64,000 nt of DNA from an uncultured Acidimicrobiaceae bacterium (GTDB lineage: Bacteria; Actinomycetota; Acidimicrobiia; Acidimicrobiales; RAAP-2). Each line of letters starts with the position of its first letter. Position 1 is the stretch's first letter. The notes below the pieces were generated by a model. It was not told the DNA's origin and did no database searches. It saw nothing but the letters and a program-made list of their open reading frames with translations. Both the position numbers and the translations under genes were made by a program. The stretch covers positions 101,729 to 165,728 of the forward strand of contig CAWDKW010000013.1 of assembly GCA_963803065.1 (NCBI GenBank), read 5' to 3'. Shown one piece after another: positions 26,186 through 35,457 of this stretch.

Positions 26186-26618
26186 CCACTCCTGATCGGC
26201 GCCCGGCCCATGTCGTGTGATTGGGGACCGTCTGTCGGCAGGTCAGCTCCGGAGCTGATCGCGTTCCGGCCTCAGTGTGAAGTGGACCTCGGTCGATCAG
26301 GTGCTGGTTGCTCCACTGTCGCCATCGAGGGCACAGTCAGAGCCGACCTAAACGGGTGGTCCATCCTCCTCGTGCGAAGCGTTCGACGTCATCGCCGACC
26401 CCCTTTCCATCACGACGGCGGAAACGTACCCTTCCGCACCAACAATTTATCGCCTCACCATGCTCGTTTCACGCCGAGTCGGGGGCCCTCGCGTCCTACG
26501 GGGGGCTCGGCCCGAGCGTCCCAGGTGAGGCGGCCTTTGGGGGGTGCCGTACCTATCGGGCGCCGATCGGTGCCCCCTCGTTGCGGGGTTGATCGGTGCG
26601 GCCGACGGGGTTACGGTA

Positions 26619-26632
26619 CGAACATGTGTTCG
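26619..26632. promoter_or_regulatory. LexA SOS box (Cheo box) CGAACATGTGTTCG
   Basis: Perfect CGAAC-N4-GTTCG palindrome 44 nt upstream of the VOC gene ATG (26676). It matches the Gram-positive/actinobacterial LexA operator core. Confidence 0.6.
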
Positions 26633-26675
26633 CCATTCGGCGAGAGGTTCATCGCACTCGAACGAGGAGGCACTC

Positions 26676-27143
26676 ATGGCCGATGTCAATCCCATACCCG
26701 ATGGCTATCCCCGCATCTCTCCGTCGTTGGTCATCGACGGGGCCGGGGCCGCGATCGACTTCTACGCCGACGTGCTCGGCGCCACCGTGCGGATGCGCAT
26801 GGACGGTCCCGACCAAAGGGTCGGACATGCCGAGCTGCAGCTCGGTGACTCAGTGATCATGGTGGCCGATGAGTTCCCCGAGATGGGATATCTCGGACCG
26901 AAGCGTGTGGGCGGCACTCCGGTCACCCTCTCGGTGTACGTCGAAGACGCCGACAGCGTGTTCCAGAAGGCGATGAGCGCCGGGGCCACCGAACTGCGGC
27001 CGGTCGAGAATCAATTCTACGGCGATCGTTCGGGACAGTTCGAGGATCCGTTCGGCCATCGATGGAGCGTGGCCACCCACGTCGAGGACGTCTCCGAGGA
27101 CGAGATGATGCGGCGAGCGAAGGAGGTCATGAGTCAGGGCTGA
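26676..27143 (+). CDS. VOC family protein (glyoxalase/bleomycin-resistance, PhnB-like)
   Basis: Start at M45 (MADVNPIPDGYP), 6 nt after GAGGAGG. Motifs: ISPSLVIDGAGAAIDFY, VGHAELQLGDSVIMVADEFPE and FYGDRSGQFEDPFGHRWSV. Confidence 0.85.
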   Translation: MADVNPIPDGYPRISPSLVIDGAGAAIDFYADVLGATVRMRMDGPDQRVGHAELQLGDSVIMVADEFPEMGYLGPKRVGGTPVTLSVYVEDADSVFQKAMSAGATELRPVENQFYGDRSGQFEDPFGHRWSVATHVEDVSEDEMMRRAKEVMSQG

Positions 27144-27263
27144 TCATCGATCGCCGCGTCGGATCGACAGATGCCAGGTCGTAGACGCCGGCATGGTCAT
27201 GGCGCTAAGCCCTCAATCTCACTTGAACTCAAGGGCCTGCGAGCGGCGTGACGCTCGCGCCCG

Positions 27264-27712
27264 TCATACCTTCGGCGCTCCGATCAGAGGCTCGACTGCG
27301 CCGGGTCCAAGGTGGGCATGAACATTCTCGGGTCCGATCGGCTTGCCGCACGCGGTGCAGACCATCACTGCATCGGCGACGTGGCCGCAACCGGGGTAAG
27401 CCGCAGAGGAGGGCCGTCGGGTGCGGCGTAGCGGTCACCCCACTGGCGCATCGCGGTCAAGACTGGCCATAGATCACGTCCCTTGTCGGTGAGCCGATAG
27501 TCATAACGGAGCGGGTGCTTGCTGTACGGGACCTTCTCGAGGACTCCCGCTTCGACAAGACGGCTGAGACGCAGGTTCAAGATGTTGCGCGAGATCCCGA
27601 GCCGCTCTTGGAAGTCGTCGAAGCGGGTCACGCCCAAGAACACGTCGCGCACGATGAGCATCGACCACCATTCGCCCACCACCTCGAGACACTGGGCCAC
27701 CGAGCAATGCAT
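27264..27712 (-). pseudogene. HxlR family transcriptional regulator whose C-terminal Cys-rich tail is in another frame
   Basis: ORF 27365..27850 carries the HxlR core (CSVAQCLEVVGEWWSMLIVRDVFLGVTRFDDFQERLGISRNILNLRLSRLVEAGVLEK..YRLTDKGRDLWPVLTAMRQWGD). After ..PPLRL a one-base-short shift yields (Y/H)PGCGHVADAVMVCTACGKPIGPENVHAHLGPGAVEPLIGAPKV-stop at 27264, a tail seen on many actinobacterial HxlR proteins. That tail is my own translation; at under 60 aa it is not in the track. Confidence 0.65.
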
Positions 27713-28143
27713 GTCGGCGAAGCTTTTCCGTTCCACAGAATTCAGATTAGTCGGTTGTGTTATAGGACGCACCCTTCCCCGGTTCCCACCAGCACCTATT
27801 GGGAAGGATCTCGGGGCACCCCATGCCGCCGAAACGCTTCGGGGACCCATGGGATCCGCCTTCTGAAAGAAGTCCTGAACGGCGTGGTGTCATCGACGCC
27901 GAGAACCACCAGCCAGCCCGCTCGAAAGATCTGGTTACGATCCGAGAGGGTTGCGTAATAGAACGTAATCGGGTATTGTAAGTGCTATGGCCGAGCCAAC
28001 TTTGGAGGCTCTCCGAGAATTCCCGCGTTCGTGAATGTCCCCCTGATCTTGACGACACCGTCCAGTGCCCAGGGCTGCTCACTCGATGATTTCGCCCTCC
28101 TCGCACCTGCTGGGCCATCGTCCACATTCGGTCAGGCCCAGGA

Positions 28144-29028
28144 GTGAACGACACCATGACGCGAACTGAGAGGACAACGATGAACGCGACCTATGCAGAG
28201 GCACCGAATGTACTGGTGAGCGCCGCGAACGGCATCGACTATTGCTATCGCGAGGTTGGTAATGGTGCAGTGCCGCTGGTCCTCCTCCAACACTTCCGCG
28301 GGAATCTCGACAACTGGGATCCGGCGCTGATAGACGCCCTCGCTGCTTCCCGCCGTGTCGTAACCTTCGACAACGTTGGGGTCGGAGCCACGACCGGGCG
28401 CACGCCGAACTCGCTCGAGCAGATGGCGCACGATGCCATCTCGTTCCTGGATGCGTTAGAAATCGATCAGGTCGATATCCTCGGATTCTCGATCGGCAGC
28501 TTCGTCGCCCAGGAGATGGCCTTGGTACGGCCTGACATCGTGAGAAGGCTGGTGTTGGCTTCCTCGGCGCCTCGAGGGGCTGCAGGGATGCACGGATGGG
28601 CGCCAGAGGTGATCGGGGCGGTGGGTAACCGCGTGACGAGCCCCGACGGGTACCTCAAGGTCTTCTACACGGAATCTGATACGAGCCGACGAGGGGGAGC
28701 GGAGTCACTCCAGCGGATGGGCGCCAGAAGTCGGGACCGCGACCAGCCGACGACTTGGGAAACGCGATTGGCCCAGTACGACTCGGTCTGTGACTGGGGA
28801 ATGCCGAACCACGCCCTGTTGCAAAGGCTGGGCAGTATCGGAGTACCGGTGCTGGTGGCCAACGGCGACAGCGACCCCATGATCCTGCCCCACTACTCCC
28901 ACCTCCTCGCCGGTCTCATCCCGCAAGCCCGAATCAAGACCTATCCCGACTCTGCACATGGGTTTCTCTTTCAGCACCACGCCGAGTTCGCACGTGACGT
29001 CGGTGCGTTCTTGAGCGGGCCAGACTGA
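28144..29028 (+). CDS. Alpha/beta hydrolase fold protein
   Basis: 294 aa. Motifs: PLVLLQHFRGNLDNWDP, nucleophile elbow GFSIGSFVAQ and a C-terminal YPDSAHGFLFQH. Divergent from the HxlR gene. Internal Met 13 is an alternative start. Confidence 0.85.
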   Translation: MNDTMTRTERTTMNATYAEAPNVLVSAANGIDYCYREVGNGAVPLVLLQHFRGNLDNWDPALIDALAASRRVVTFDNVGVGATTGRTPNSLEQMAHDAISFLDALEIDQVDILGFSIGSFVAQEMALVRPDIVRRLVLASSAPRGAAGMHGWAPEVIGAVGNRVTSPDGYLKVFYTESDTSRRGGAESLQRMGARSRDRDQPTTWETRLAQYDSVCDWGMPNHALLQRLGSIGVPVLVANGDSDPMILPHYSHLLAGLIPQARIKTYPDSAHGFLFQHHAEFARDVGAFLSGPD

Positions 29029-29029
29029 C

Positions 29030-29543
29030 GTGGAGCACGCAGTGGACATCGGTTTCTTTCCACACCGGGTCATGCGGCTGAGCTTCGACACCGGACAGCC
29101 GTACGAGGCGTTCCGTCGCCCGTTACGAGGACGCGGTACCGGAACTGGACTCGAAGCACCTCGCCGGATTCGTCGACCGCGGCGCCGCTTGGCAGGAAGT
29201 GGCGGCAGACGCCGATGCATCCGCCCCGCTCGGCTTCTTCATCTACTGGCGATCCGATCTGACGCCCATCATGAGCCTGGCGGGGGACGTCGCGCCGTGC
29301 ACGGCCTACCTGATGGGCAACCACACCATCGCGGAGCAGATTTACCGCCATGACCCGTCGGTGATGCTGTACGCACCGTTGCGCACCGCCATCTACGTCG
29401 ATGCTGCGAACCGCACCCGATTTGCCATCGATGAGCCTCGCACGGTGTTCGAGAGCTTCGCCAGTCTGCCGATCGCACAGGTCGGCATCGAACTCGACCG
29501 CAAACTCGCTGCCCTGCTCGAGGCGCTTGACGTCCGCATGTGA
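29030..29543 (+). pseudogene. DUF302-like protein split by one frame disruption near 29118-29121
   Basis: The frame of ORF 29030.. gives VEHAVDIGFFPHRVMRLSFDTGQPYEAFRR. The next frame (open from 29082; track ORF 29199..29543) continues RYEDAVPELDSKHLAGFVDRGAAWQEVAADADASAPLGFFIYW..YLMGNHTIAEQIYRHDPSVMLYAPLRTAIYVD. Deleting one C from CGTCGCCCGTTAC joins them. Confidence 0.6.
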
Positions 29544-29586
29544 GGGCCAATTGGTAGATGCCAATTGGTGGAGAGAGGAGAGAACA

Positions 29587-30450
29587 GTGGAACCGACAGT
29601 CCAAGGAGCATCAAAGGTTGGGACACGCTCGGCGGAGTCCGTGTCTTCGTTCAGCCGCAGAGGGGATCAGGCGAGTCCGAAGGGCCTCTTGGAGTTGGCG
29701 GTGAAATCTCATGGCGGAGCACAGCGGTGGGCGAGCTATTCACGTTTCAGAGCCACTGCCTCCATCACCGGTGCCATTTGGGCCATGAAGGGCAAGGCCG
29801 GGATGCTCGACAACGTGGTGCTCGAAGGCGAGCTCAAGGATCAACGTCTCACCATCGCGCCGTATCCCACGTTGGGCCAGTACACCACCTGGGAGCCGTG
29901 GAGACAGACCATCGAGGCTTCCGACGGGGTCCTCCTCGACGAGCGTCTGGATCCGGCCGCGTCATTTGAAGGTCAGGTTCGAGAGACTCCGTGGGATGAC
30001 TTCAATGCGGCATATTTCGCAGGTGAGGCGAACTGGAACTATCTCGTTGCACCGTTCATCTTCATGCGCTCCGACTTCCACACTGAGGAGATCGAGCCGT
30101 GGCATGAGGATGGGCAAGAGTGGCGGAGACTTCTGGTCACCTATCCCGACGCGATCGTTGCCCACTGTCGACAGCAGACCTACTACTTCGATGACGCCGG
30201 ACTGCTTCGGCGCCTCGACTATTCCGTGGACATCTTGGGTGGTGGGCCGGCTGTGCACTACCCCTCGGAGTACCGCGAGTTTGGAGGAATCATGGTGCCG
30301 ACCCGGAGGCGGGTCTACGTGCGCAATCCCGACGGATCCCCGCAGCTCGAGTCGACGTCGATCGCGATTGAGTTCAGCGATGTGACCTTCAGCCTGAAGT
30401 CCGATCCGGATGGGATCGTCTGCAGGCGGCGACTGGCGGTTGGCGCCTGA
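29587..30450 (+). CDS. Conserved-looking hypothetical protein (287 aa)
   Basis: Start at GTG (V63 of ORF 29401..30450), preceded by GGAGAGAGGAGAG. Composition is normal and non-repetitive (..TYYFDDAGLLRRLDYSVDILGGGPAVHYPSEYREFGGIMVPTRRRVY..). I recognise no family. Confidence 0.6.
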   Translation: MEPTVQGASKVGTRSAESVSSFSRRGDQASPKGLLELAVKSHGGAQRWASYSRFRATASITGAIWAMKGKAGMLDNVVLEGELKDQRLTIAPYPTLGQYTTWEPWRQTIEASDGVLLDERLDPAASFEGQVRETPWDDFNAAYFAGEANWNYLVAPFIFMRSDFHTEEIEPWHEDGQEWRRLLVTYPDAIVAHCRQQTYYFDDAGLLRRLDYSVDILGGGPAVHYPSEYREFGGIMVPTRRRVYVRNPDGSPQLESTSIAIEFSDVTFSLKSDPDGIVCRRRLAVGA

Positions 30451-30482
30451 AGGCTGACCCGGTCGACCCGGTCCGGCGCGGC

Positions 30483-31337
30483 TCAGGCGTTCAGCACGAT
30501 CCGGTAGACGATGAACGACGGCAGGCCAGCCAACCCGGACAGTGCTTCGGGGAACCGATCCAGGGCGCCCGGGCCCGGCTGGGGCTCGACGATGCGCTCG
30601 ACGACGAAGCCGGCGTCGGCGAAGGCGTCGGTGACCGCGGACAGCGGCCGCCGCCAGAAGTACTGGGTCACCTCGACGTCTGCCTTTTTCCAGGTATCGG
30701 AAACGAGCTCGGTCTCGAAATAGCCACCTCGTTGCGAGGGGAGGGGAGGTCCGAACGGGTGATCGAGGGAGATCACTACCCAGCCCCTCGGACGGAGCAG
30801 GGTGGCGAACGTGCGGAGCGGGACCTCCCAGTGCTCGAGGTAGTGCAATGCCAGCGAGCAGGTAATGCCGTCGAACGACCTGGGCTCGAGAGGCAGCGGC
30901 TCGGCCAGGTCGGCCACGAAGAAGCGTCCCCGTCCGCCGCACCGACGGGTGGTCTCATCCACCATCAACGGGCTGAGGTCGATTCCGACCACTTCGGCGC
31001 CCTCGTCCAGCAACCATTCGCACTGGGCGCCCGAGCCGCACCCCGCGTCCAGCACGGTTGCGCCGGCCAGGGGGCGAGGGACGAGCGAGCGCAGGGCAGG
31101 CCGCTCCAGGTGACCATTGAAGGGACCATCATCGGTCGTGAGCGTCCACACGCCGGCCAGCCGGTTGTAGGCGTCCCGGGTCCGACGGGTGTGCTCGGCC
31201 TGGTCGCCGGGGGGCTCTGGTTGCACGGCCCAATACTGACAGGGAGCCCGCCGCGGTGGGTCACCGACCGAGCCCGACCGGGGCCATCCGGGTCCAGCGA
31301 CCGCTTGCCTGACCCCGAACGAGGACACGGTCGACAA
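30483..31337 (-). CDS. Class I SAM-dependent methyltransferase
   Basis: Motif I is VLDAGCGSGAQCEWLL, followed by VVGIDLSPLMV, ITCSLALHYL and RPRGWVVISLDHP. The true start is probably GTG at 31226 (VQPEPPGDQAEHTRRTRDAYNRLA), which would leave a normal divergent spacer. Confidence 0.8.
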   Translation of the reverse strand: MSTVSSFGVRQAVAGPGWPRSGSVGDPPRRAPCQYWAVQPEPPGDQAEHTRRTRDAYNRLAGVWTLTTDDGPFNGHLERPALRSLVPRPLAGATVLDAGCGSGAQCEWLLDEGAEVVGIDLSPLMVDETTRRCGGRGRFFVADLAEPLPLEPRSFDGITCSLALHYLEHWEVPLRTFATLLRPRGWVVISLDHPFGPPLPSQRGGYFETELVSDTWKKADVEVTQYFWRRPLSAVTDAFADAGFVVERIVEPQPGPGALDRFPEALSGLAGLPSFIVYRIVLNA

Positions 31338-31365
31338 CCGGATGTGGCCCGTCCATACTGCAGGT

Positions 31366-31713
31366 ATGGGTGCGGTGCCTGCGCAGCTGCAGATCTCCGA
31401 CCGGCGGGACGGCGGTCGGCATCTCCGCGTGTCGTGGCATCACTCACGGCGCGTCGTCGTCTTCAGTCATTGGCGAGATGGCGTGTGCGTGGCCTCGACC
31501 CCGGTGGAGCTGGCGGAACTTCCCACCATCGTCGGCGTCCTGGTCCAGGCGCTGGCCGACGCCACGACCTCGCCGACGAAAGAGCCGCCGGCGCCGAGCG
31601 CCCGCTCCCTACGCCGGGACGTCGGAGAGCTCGTCCGAGCCTGGGTGCGGCCCCGCCTGGCTCCGATCATCGCGTTGAAGCCCGAGCGCGGTTCGGAGCA
31701 GAGGCGCAACTGA
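31366..31713 (+). CDS. Hypothetical small protein
   Basis: ORF 31342..31713 taken from its second Met. The segment LRVSWHHSRRVVVFSHWRDGVCVASTPVELAELPTIVGVLVQALADA looks protein-like. No family recognised. Confidence 0.35.
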   Translation: MGAVPAQLQISDRRDGGRHLRVSWHHSRRVVVFSHWRDGVCVASTPVELAELPTIVGVLVQALADATTSPTKEPPAPSARSLRRDVGELVRAWVRPRLAPIIALKPERGSEQRRN

Positions 31714-31783
31714 TCTGGCCGGCCATGTCCTCGCCCAGCCGCGATCCACGATTGGGGCCTGAGGGGCGCGAGACTGAGGCGTC

Positions 31784-33823
31784 GTGGCCGCACGGCAGCA
31801 CCTACCTCAGCTCGACGGCGTCCGGGCCGTCGCCATCGCCGCCGTCGTCGCCTTTCACCTCGGCTATCTCCGAGGTGGGTGGCTCGGCGTCGACGTGTTC
31901 TTCGTCCTGTCCGGGTACCTCATCACCAGCATCCTGGTGGCCGATGGCCGGCCGATAGGCGGGGTGGTCGCCTTTTGGGGGCGCCGGGCCCGTCGTCTCC
32001 TTCCCGCCGTGCTCCTCTTGCTCGTCGTCCTGTCTCTGTACGCCTGGATCGGGGGTCCGGGCCTGGTACCGGCCCAGCTCCGAAACCCGGCCCTGGCCAC
32101 CTTGTTCTACGTAGCCAACTGGCAGCAGATCATCGCCGGGCACGGCTACTTCGCCCAGTTCACCGCGCCGAGCCCCCTGCAGCACACCTGGTCGCTGGCC
32201 ATCGAGGAGCAGTACTACCTCTGTTGGCCGTTGGTGCTCGGTGTCTTGCTCGCGGTCCGCTCGGCGCGGCCTCGGTGCCCCCGGCACTTTGTGGTCGGCG
32301 CCACGCTGTTCCTCGCCATCGCTTCGCTGGTCTGGATGGGGCTGGCCGCCCATCTGCTCGGGCCGAACCGGGCCTACCTGGGCACCGACACCCGTGCCTG
32401 GGAGCTCTTGCTCGGCGGGGCGGCGGCCATGGTCTGGCCGCCGGGGGCGCCAGTCAGAGCGCGACGGCGGGCCTGGTCGGTGGCAACCGTGGTCGGCGTG
32501 GCCGTCGTGGCCGCCGGGGCGTCGACGGCCAACGGGCCTCCCTGGTGGATCTGGGACGGCGGCTTGGGGGTGATCGCCCTCGGCTCGATGCTGGTGATCG
32601 TGGGCAGCGTCAGGGCACCCGATGGGCCGGTGGCCCGCGATCCTCTCCATCGGCCCGGTGCAGTGGCTGGGCCTCATCTCCTACAGCCTCTACCTGTGGC
32701 ACTGGCCGGCCATCGTGCTCATGACCGCCGACACGACTGGGCTGACCGGGTGGCAGCTCCTCGTGGCCCGGTTGGCTGCCATGTTGGCGGCGTCGTGCGC
32801 CAGCTTCTACCTGGTCGAGCGGCCACTGCGCCGAGCCGACTGGGGAGCGTTGGCCCGGCGGTTCCGAGTGCCGGCCGTCAGCATGGCCACGGCCGGGGTC
32901 CTGGCGACGACGGCGGTGATCGTGGCGGGAACGGTCGGTCCCCCGGAGGTGGCCCAGGCCACGGTGTCGAATGCCGCGGTCCAGAAAGCAGCGGGCACGG
33001 TACCGATCGGCCACGTCGACATCCCGGCGGCCAGCCGCGAGGATCCCGTTCGAGTCGGGATCTTCGGGGACAGCGTCATGGTCGACAGCTCGCCCGGCAT
33101 CACCGCGGCACTCCAGTCCACCGGGGAGATGTCAGTCGTGATGAACACGGCCTTCCCGGGCTGGGGGCTGACCAGGGACCCGACCTGGCCCGCCGACTCC
33201 TCCCGACGATGGCGGACGTCCCACCCGCAGATCATGATCGGCATGTGGTACTGGGACGAGAAGGTGGCCCACGTCCGATCCGGCCGCCTACCGGGTGCGC
33301 CTGGAGCGCGCCATGCGGGCGTTGCTCGCCCCGGGCGATGGGGTGGAGTTGATCGTGTTGCTCCAGTATCCCTCAGACCGGTCCGAACCCCACGATCACC
33401 GATCCCGCTCAGCGGGAGGCGGACTGGGCGCGACGGAGAGGGCTGGCAGGTTGCCTGGAACAGGGCGGCACAACGAGGCAGTCAAGGCGTTCCCGGGTCA
33501 CGCCATCTACCTGACCACCGAGCAGCTCTTCGCGCCCGACGGGCGTTTCCTCGCCTGGATGCGCACGTCGACAGGGTTCGTGGGTGCGAGCCCGCAAGCT
33601 CGACAACGACCACATGTGTCCGTACGGCGCCGCGGCCTTCGGCGCACTCATCACCGAGGACTTCACACCGCTACTCCATCTCCCGGCGATGAAGCCCGGC
33701 TGGGAGTACGGATCCTGGACCAGCGACCCCCGGTACAACGATCCGCCTGGAGCCTGCCCCGACGACCAGCCCCCCGCCGGATACCGCGGCGATCCCGTTC
33801 CGAAGGTCACCAGCGGGCGGTGA
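31784..33823 (+). pseudogene. Acyltransferase-3 (OafA/YrhL-like) membrane protein fused to an SGNH domain, broken by six frame disruptions
   Basis: The AT3 N-terminus is in ORF 31784.. (LDGVRAVAIAAVVAFHLG..GVDVFFVLSGYLIT..WSLAIEEQYYLCWP). It continues in ORF 32622.. (PVQWLGLISYSLYLWHWP..VGIFGDSVM) and then in ORFs 33295.. and 33584... My three-frame reading of 33270-33590 recovers ..WYWDEKVAHV/DPAAYRVRLERAMRALLAPGDGVELIVLLQYP/QTGPNPTITDPAQREADWARR/EGWQVAWNRAA/EAVKAFPGHAIYLTTEQLFAPDGRFLAWMRTSTGFV/VRARKLDNDHMCPYGAAAFG.. Each slash is a step to the next frame. Confidence 0.8.
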
Positions 33824-33919
33824 CGCCATGATGCCCGCACGGAGCTGGTGACCTAGATTGGCTCTGGTCGGGGCTCGGCTGGGCGACACCACCGGCTGGC
33901 CCGAGCGGGGGAGGGCATC

Positions 33920-35011
33920 GTGAGCGATCTACCTGAGGTCATGCCGGCAGCCGTGTATCGCCGGCCGGGCGAAGTCGTGGTGGAGGACCGCCCCGTCCCG
34001 AGCCCTGGGCCGGGCGAGGTACTGGTCGAGGTGGACCACTGCGGCATCTGTGGTTCGGACATCCACATGCTGCTCGACGGGTGGGCGGAGAAGCCCGGCC
34101 TGATCGCCGGCCACGAGTTCACCGGGATCATCGCCTCCTTGGGTGACGGGGTGGAGGGCTGGGAGGTCGGCGAGACCGTCGTTGGCGGCCCGTCGCCCAA
34201 GTGCGGGCGTTGCCGGCGCTGCCGAGAGGGAAAGCCCTCGCAGTGCGAGAACCGCCAGGGCTCCATCGTCGACGGGCACGACGGCGCCTTTGCCCGCTAC
34301 GTGCTGGTGCAGTCCCGGTCCCTCCTGCGGCTGCCGCCGGGTTTGACCGCCCGCCAGGCGGCGTTGGCCGAGCCGCTGGCCGTGGCCCTCCACGGGATCA
34401 CCCGGTCGGGGGCAAGTCGCGGTGACAGCGTGATGGTGATCGGGGCCGGACCAATCGGCGCCCTGTCCGTCGCCGCCCTCGTGACCATGGGCATCGGACC
34501 GATCACGGTGGTGGAGCCGGGGGAGCGTCGCAAACGCCTGGCCCGCAAGCTCGGCGCGACCCTGGTGCTCGACCCGGCCGAGCTCGAGACGTTCCCCCTC
34601 TGGGAGCCCGAGCGGATCTCCGACCGGGCCGTCCACGTCGTGCTCGAGTGCTCCGGAAAGCGGGCGGCCATGGAGGCCGGGTTCCACCAGCTTCGCCGGG
34701 GAGGGACCCTGGCCTTGGTGGGGGCGGGCCTGGAGCCCCCGACCTTCGACCCCAACCGATTCGTGTTGAACGAGCTCCACGTGGTCGGGTCGTTCATCTA
34801 CGACAAGGACGGCTTCGAGCGGGCCCTCGACCTGCTGGCCTCCGAACGGTTCCCGTCCGATTTGCTCATCGAAGCAGACGACGTGCCCCTGGACCGGCTG
34901 TCCGACACCCTGGTCGGCCTGGCCGAGGGCCGCTACGCCGGCAAGGTCATGGTCGTTCCCCGCCTCTCCCCGGGGGCTGTCGCCGAGACCGGTCCCAGTC
35001 GGGGCGCGTGA
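33920..35011 (+). CDS. Zinc-binding medium-chain alcohol/polyol dehydrogenase
   Basis: 363 aa. Contains GEVLVEVDHCGICGSDIH, GHEFTG, the structural-Zn motif CGRCRRCREGKPSQC and the Rossmann motif VIGAGPIG. Confidence 0.9.
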   Translation: MSDLPEVMPAAVYRRPGEVVVEDRPVPSPGPGEVLVEVDHCGICGSDIHMLLDGWAEKPGLIAGHEFTGIIASLGDGVEGWEVGETVVGGPSPKCGRCRRCREGKPSQCENRQGSIVDGHDGAFARYVLVQSRSLLRLPPGLTARQAALAEPLAVALHGITRSGASRGDSVMVIGAGPIGALSVAALVTMGIGPITVVEPGERRKRLARKLGATLVLDPAELETFPLWEPERISDRAVHVVLECSGKRAAMEAGFHQLRRGGTLALVGAGLEPPTFDPNRFVLNELHVVGSFIYDKDGFERALDLLASERFPSDLLIEADDVPLDRLSDTLVGLAEGRYAGKVMVVPRLSPGAVAETGPSRGA

Positions 35012-35457
35012 TGGCCCATCCCTACTACCCGACCGGCAACCCGCGGTTCAACCACGTGGCCATGAGCCTGCCCGCCGACCTGCTCGATGAGAAGAACCGC
35101 GGCGACATCTGCCGCTTCTGGAGCGACGTGTTCGGGTTCGACGAGATCAAGGTCATGACCGAGCACCGCCGCCGCCTCATCTTGTCGTGCGTGCACTGGG
35201 ACCAGTTCATTTTCCTTGTCGCCGACGGTGATCCGATGCGCTGCCCGCGCCTGGACCACTTCGGCTTCTCGGTGGGCTCGTTGGATGAGCTCCAGGGCGT
35301 ACAGGACCGGGCCGCCGCCTTCCGCCGACATGACAACCGGGTCGATCTCATCGACCTGCATGAGGACGACCAGGACGTGGTGAAGATCCACTCGGTCTAT
35401 GTTCGCTACCTGTTGCCGATGATGTGCGAGGTGCAGTGGTGGGAGTTCGCGGCCTGA
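35011..35457 (+). CDS. VOC (glyoxalase-like) family protein
   Basis: Start at MAHPYYPTG, overlapping the ADH stop by one base. FNHVAMSLP..FWSDVFGFDE..LDHFGFSVGSLDEL is typical of the VOC fold. Confidence 0.7.
   Translation: MAHPYYPTGNPRFNHVAMSLPADLLDEKNRGDICRFWSDVFGFDEIKVMTEHRRRLILSCVHWDQFIFLVADGDPMRCPRLDHFGFSVGSLDELQGVQDRAAAFRRHDNRVDLIDLHEDDQDVVKIHSVYVRYLLPMMCEVQWWEFAA

Noticed and set aside
26440-26620. Possible guanidine (mini-ykkC-like ACGG loops) or other riboswitch in the long leader of the VOC gene
   Set aside because: The ACGG tetranucleotides are not flanked by complementary stems, and I could not fit any known aptamer consensus. The only solid element there is the LexA-type palindrome.
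26210-26848. 212-aa + ORF spanning the spacer and running into the VOC gene region
   Set aside because: It is out of frame with the VOC gene, R/G/S/P-rich and has no SD. The region is better explained as non-coding leader plus the VOC gene starting at 26676.
27747-28157. 136-aa minus ORF in the long HxlR-hydrolase spacer
   Set aside because: It has no motifs and an odd composition, and it overlaps the hydrolase start. I treat the 430-nt spacer as non-coding pending transcript data.
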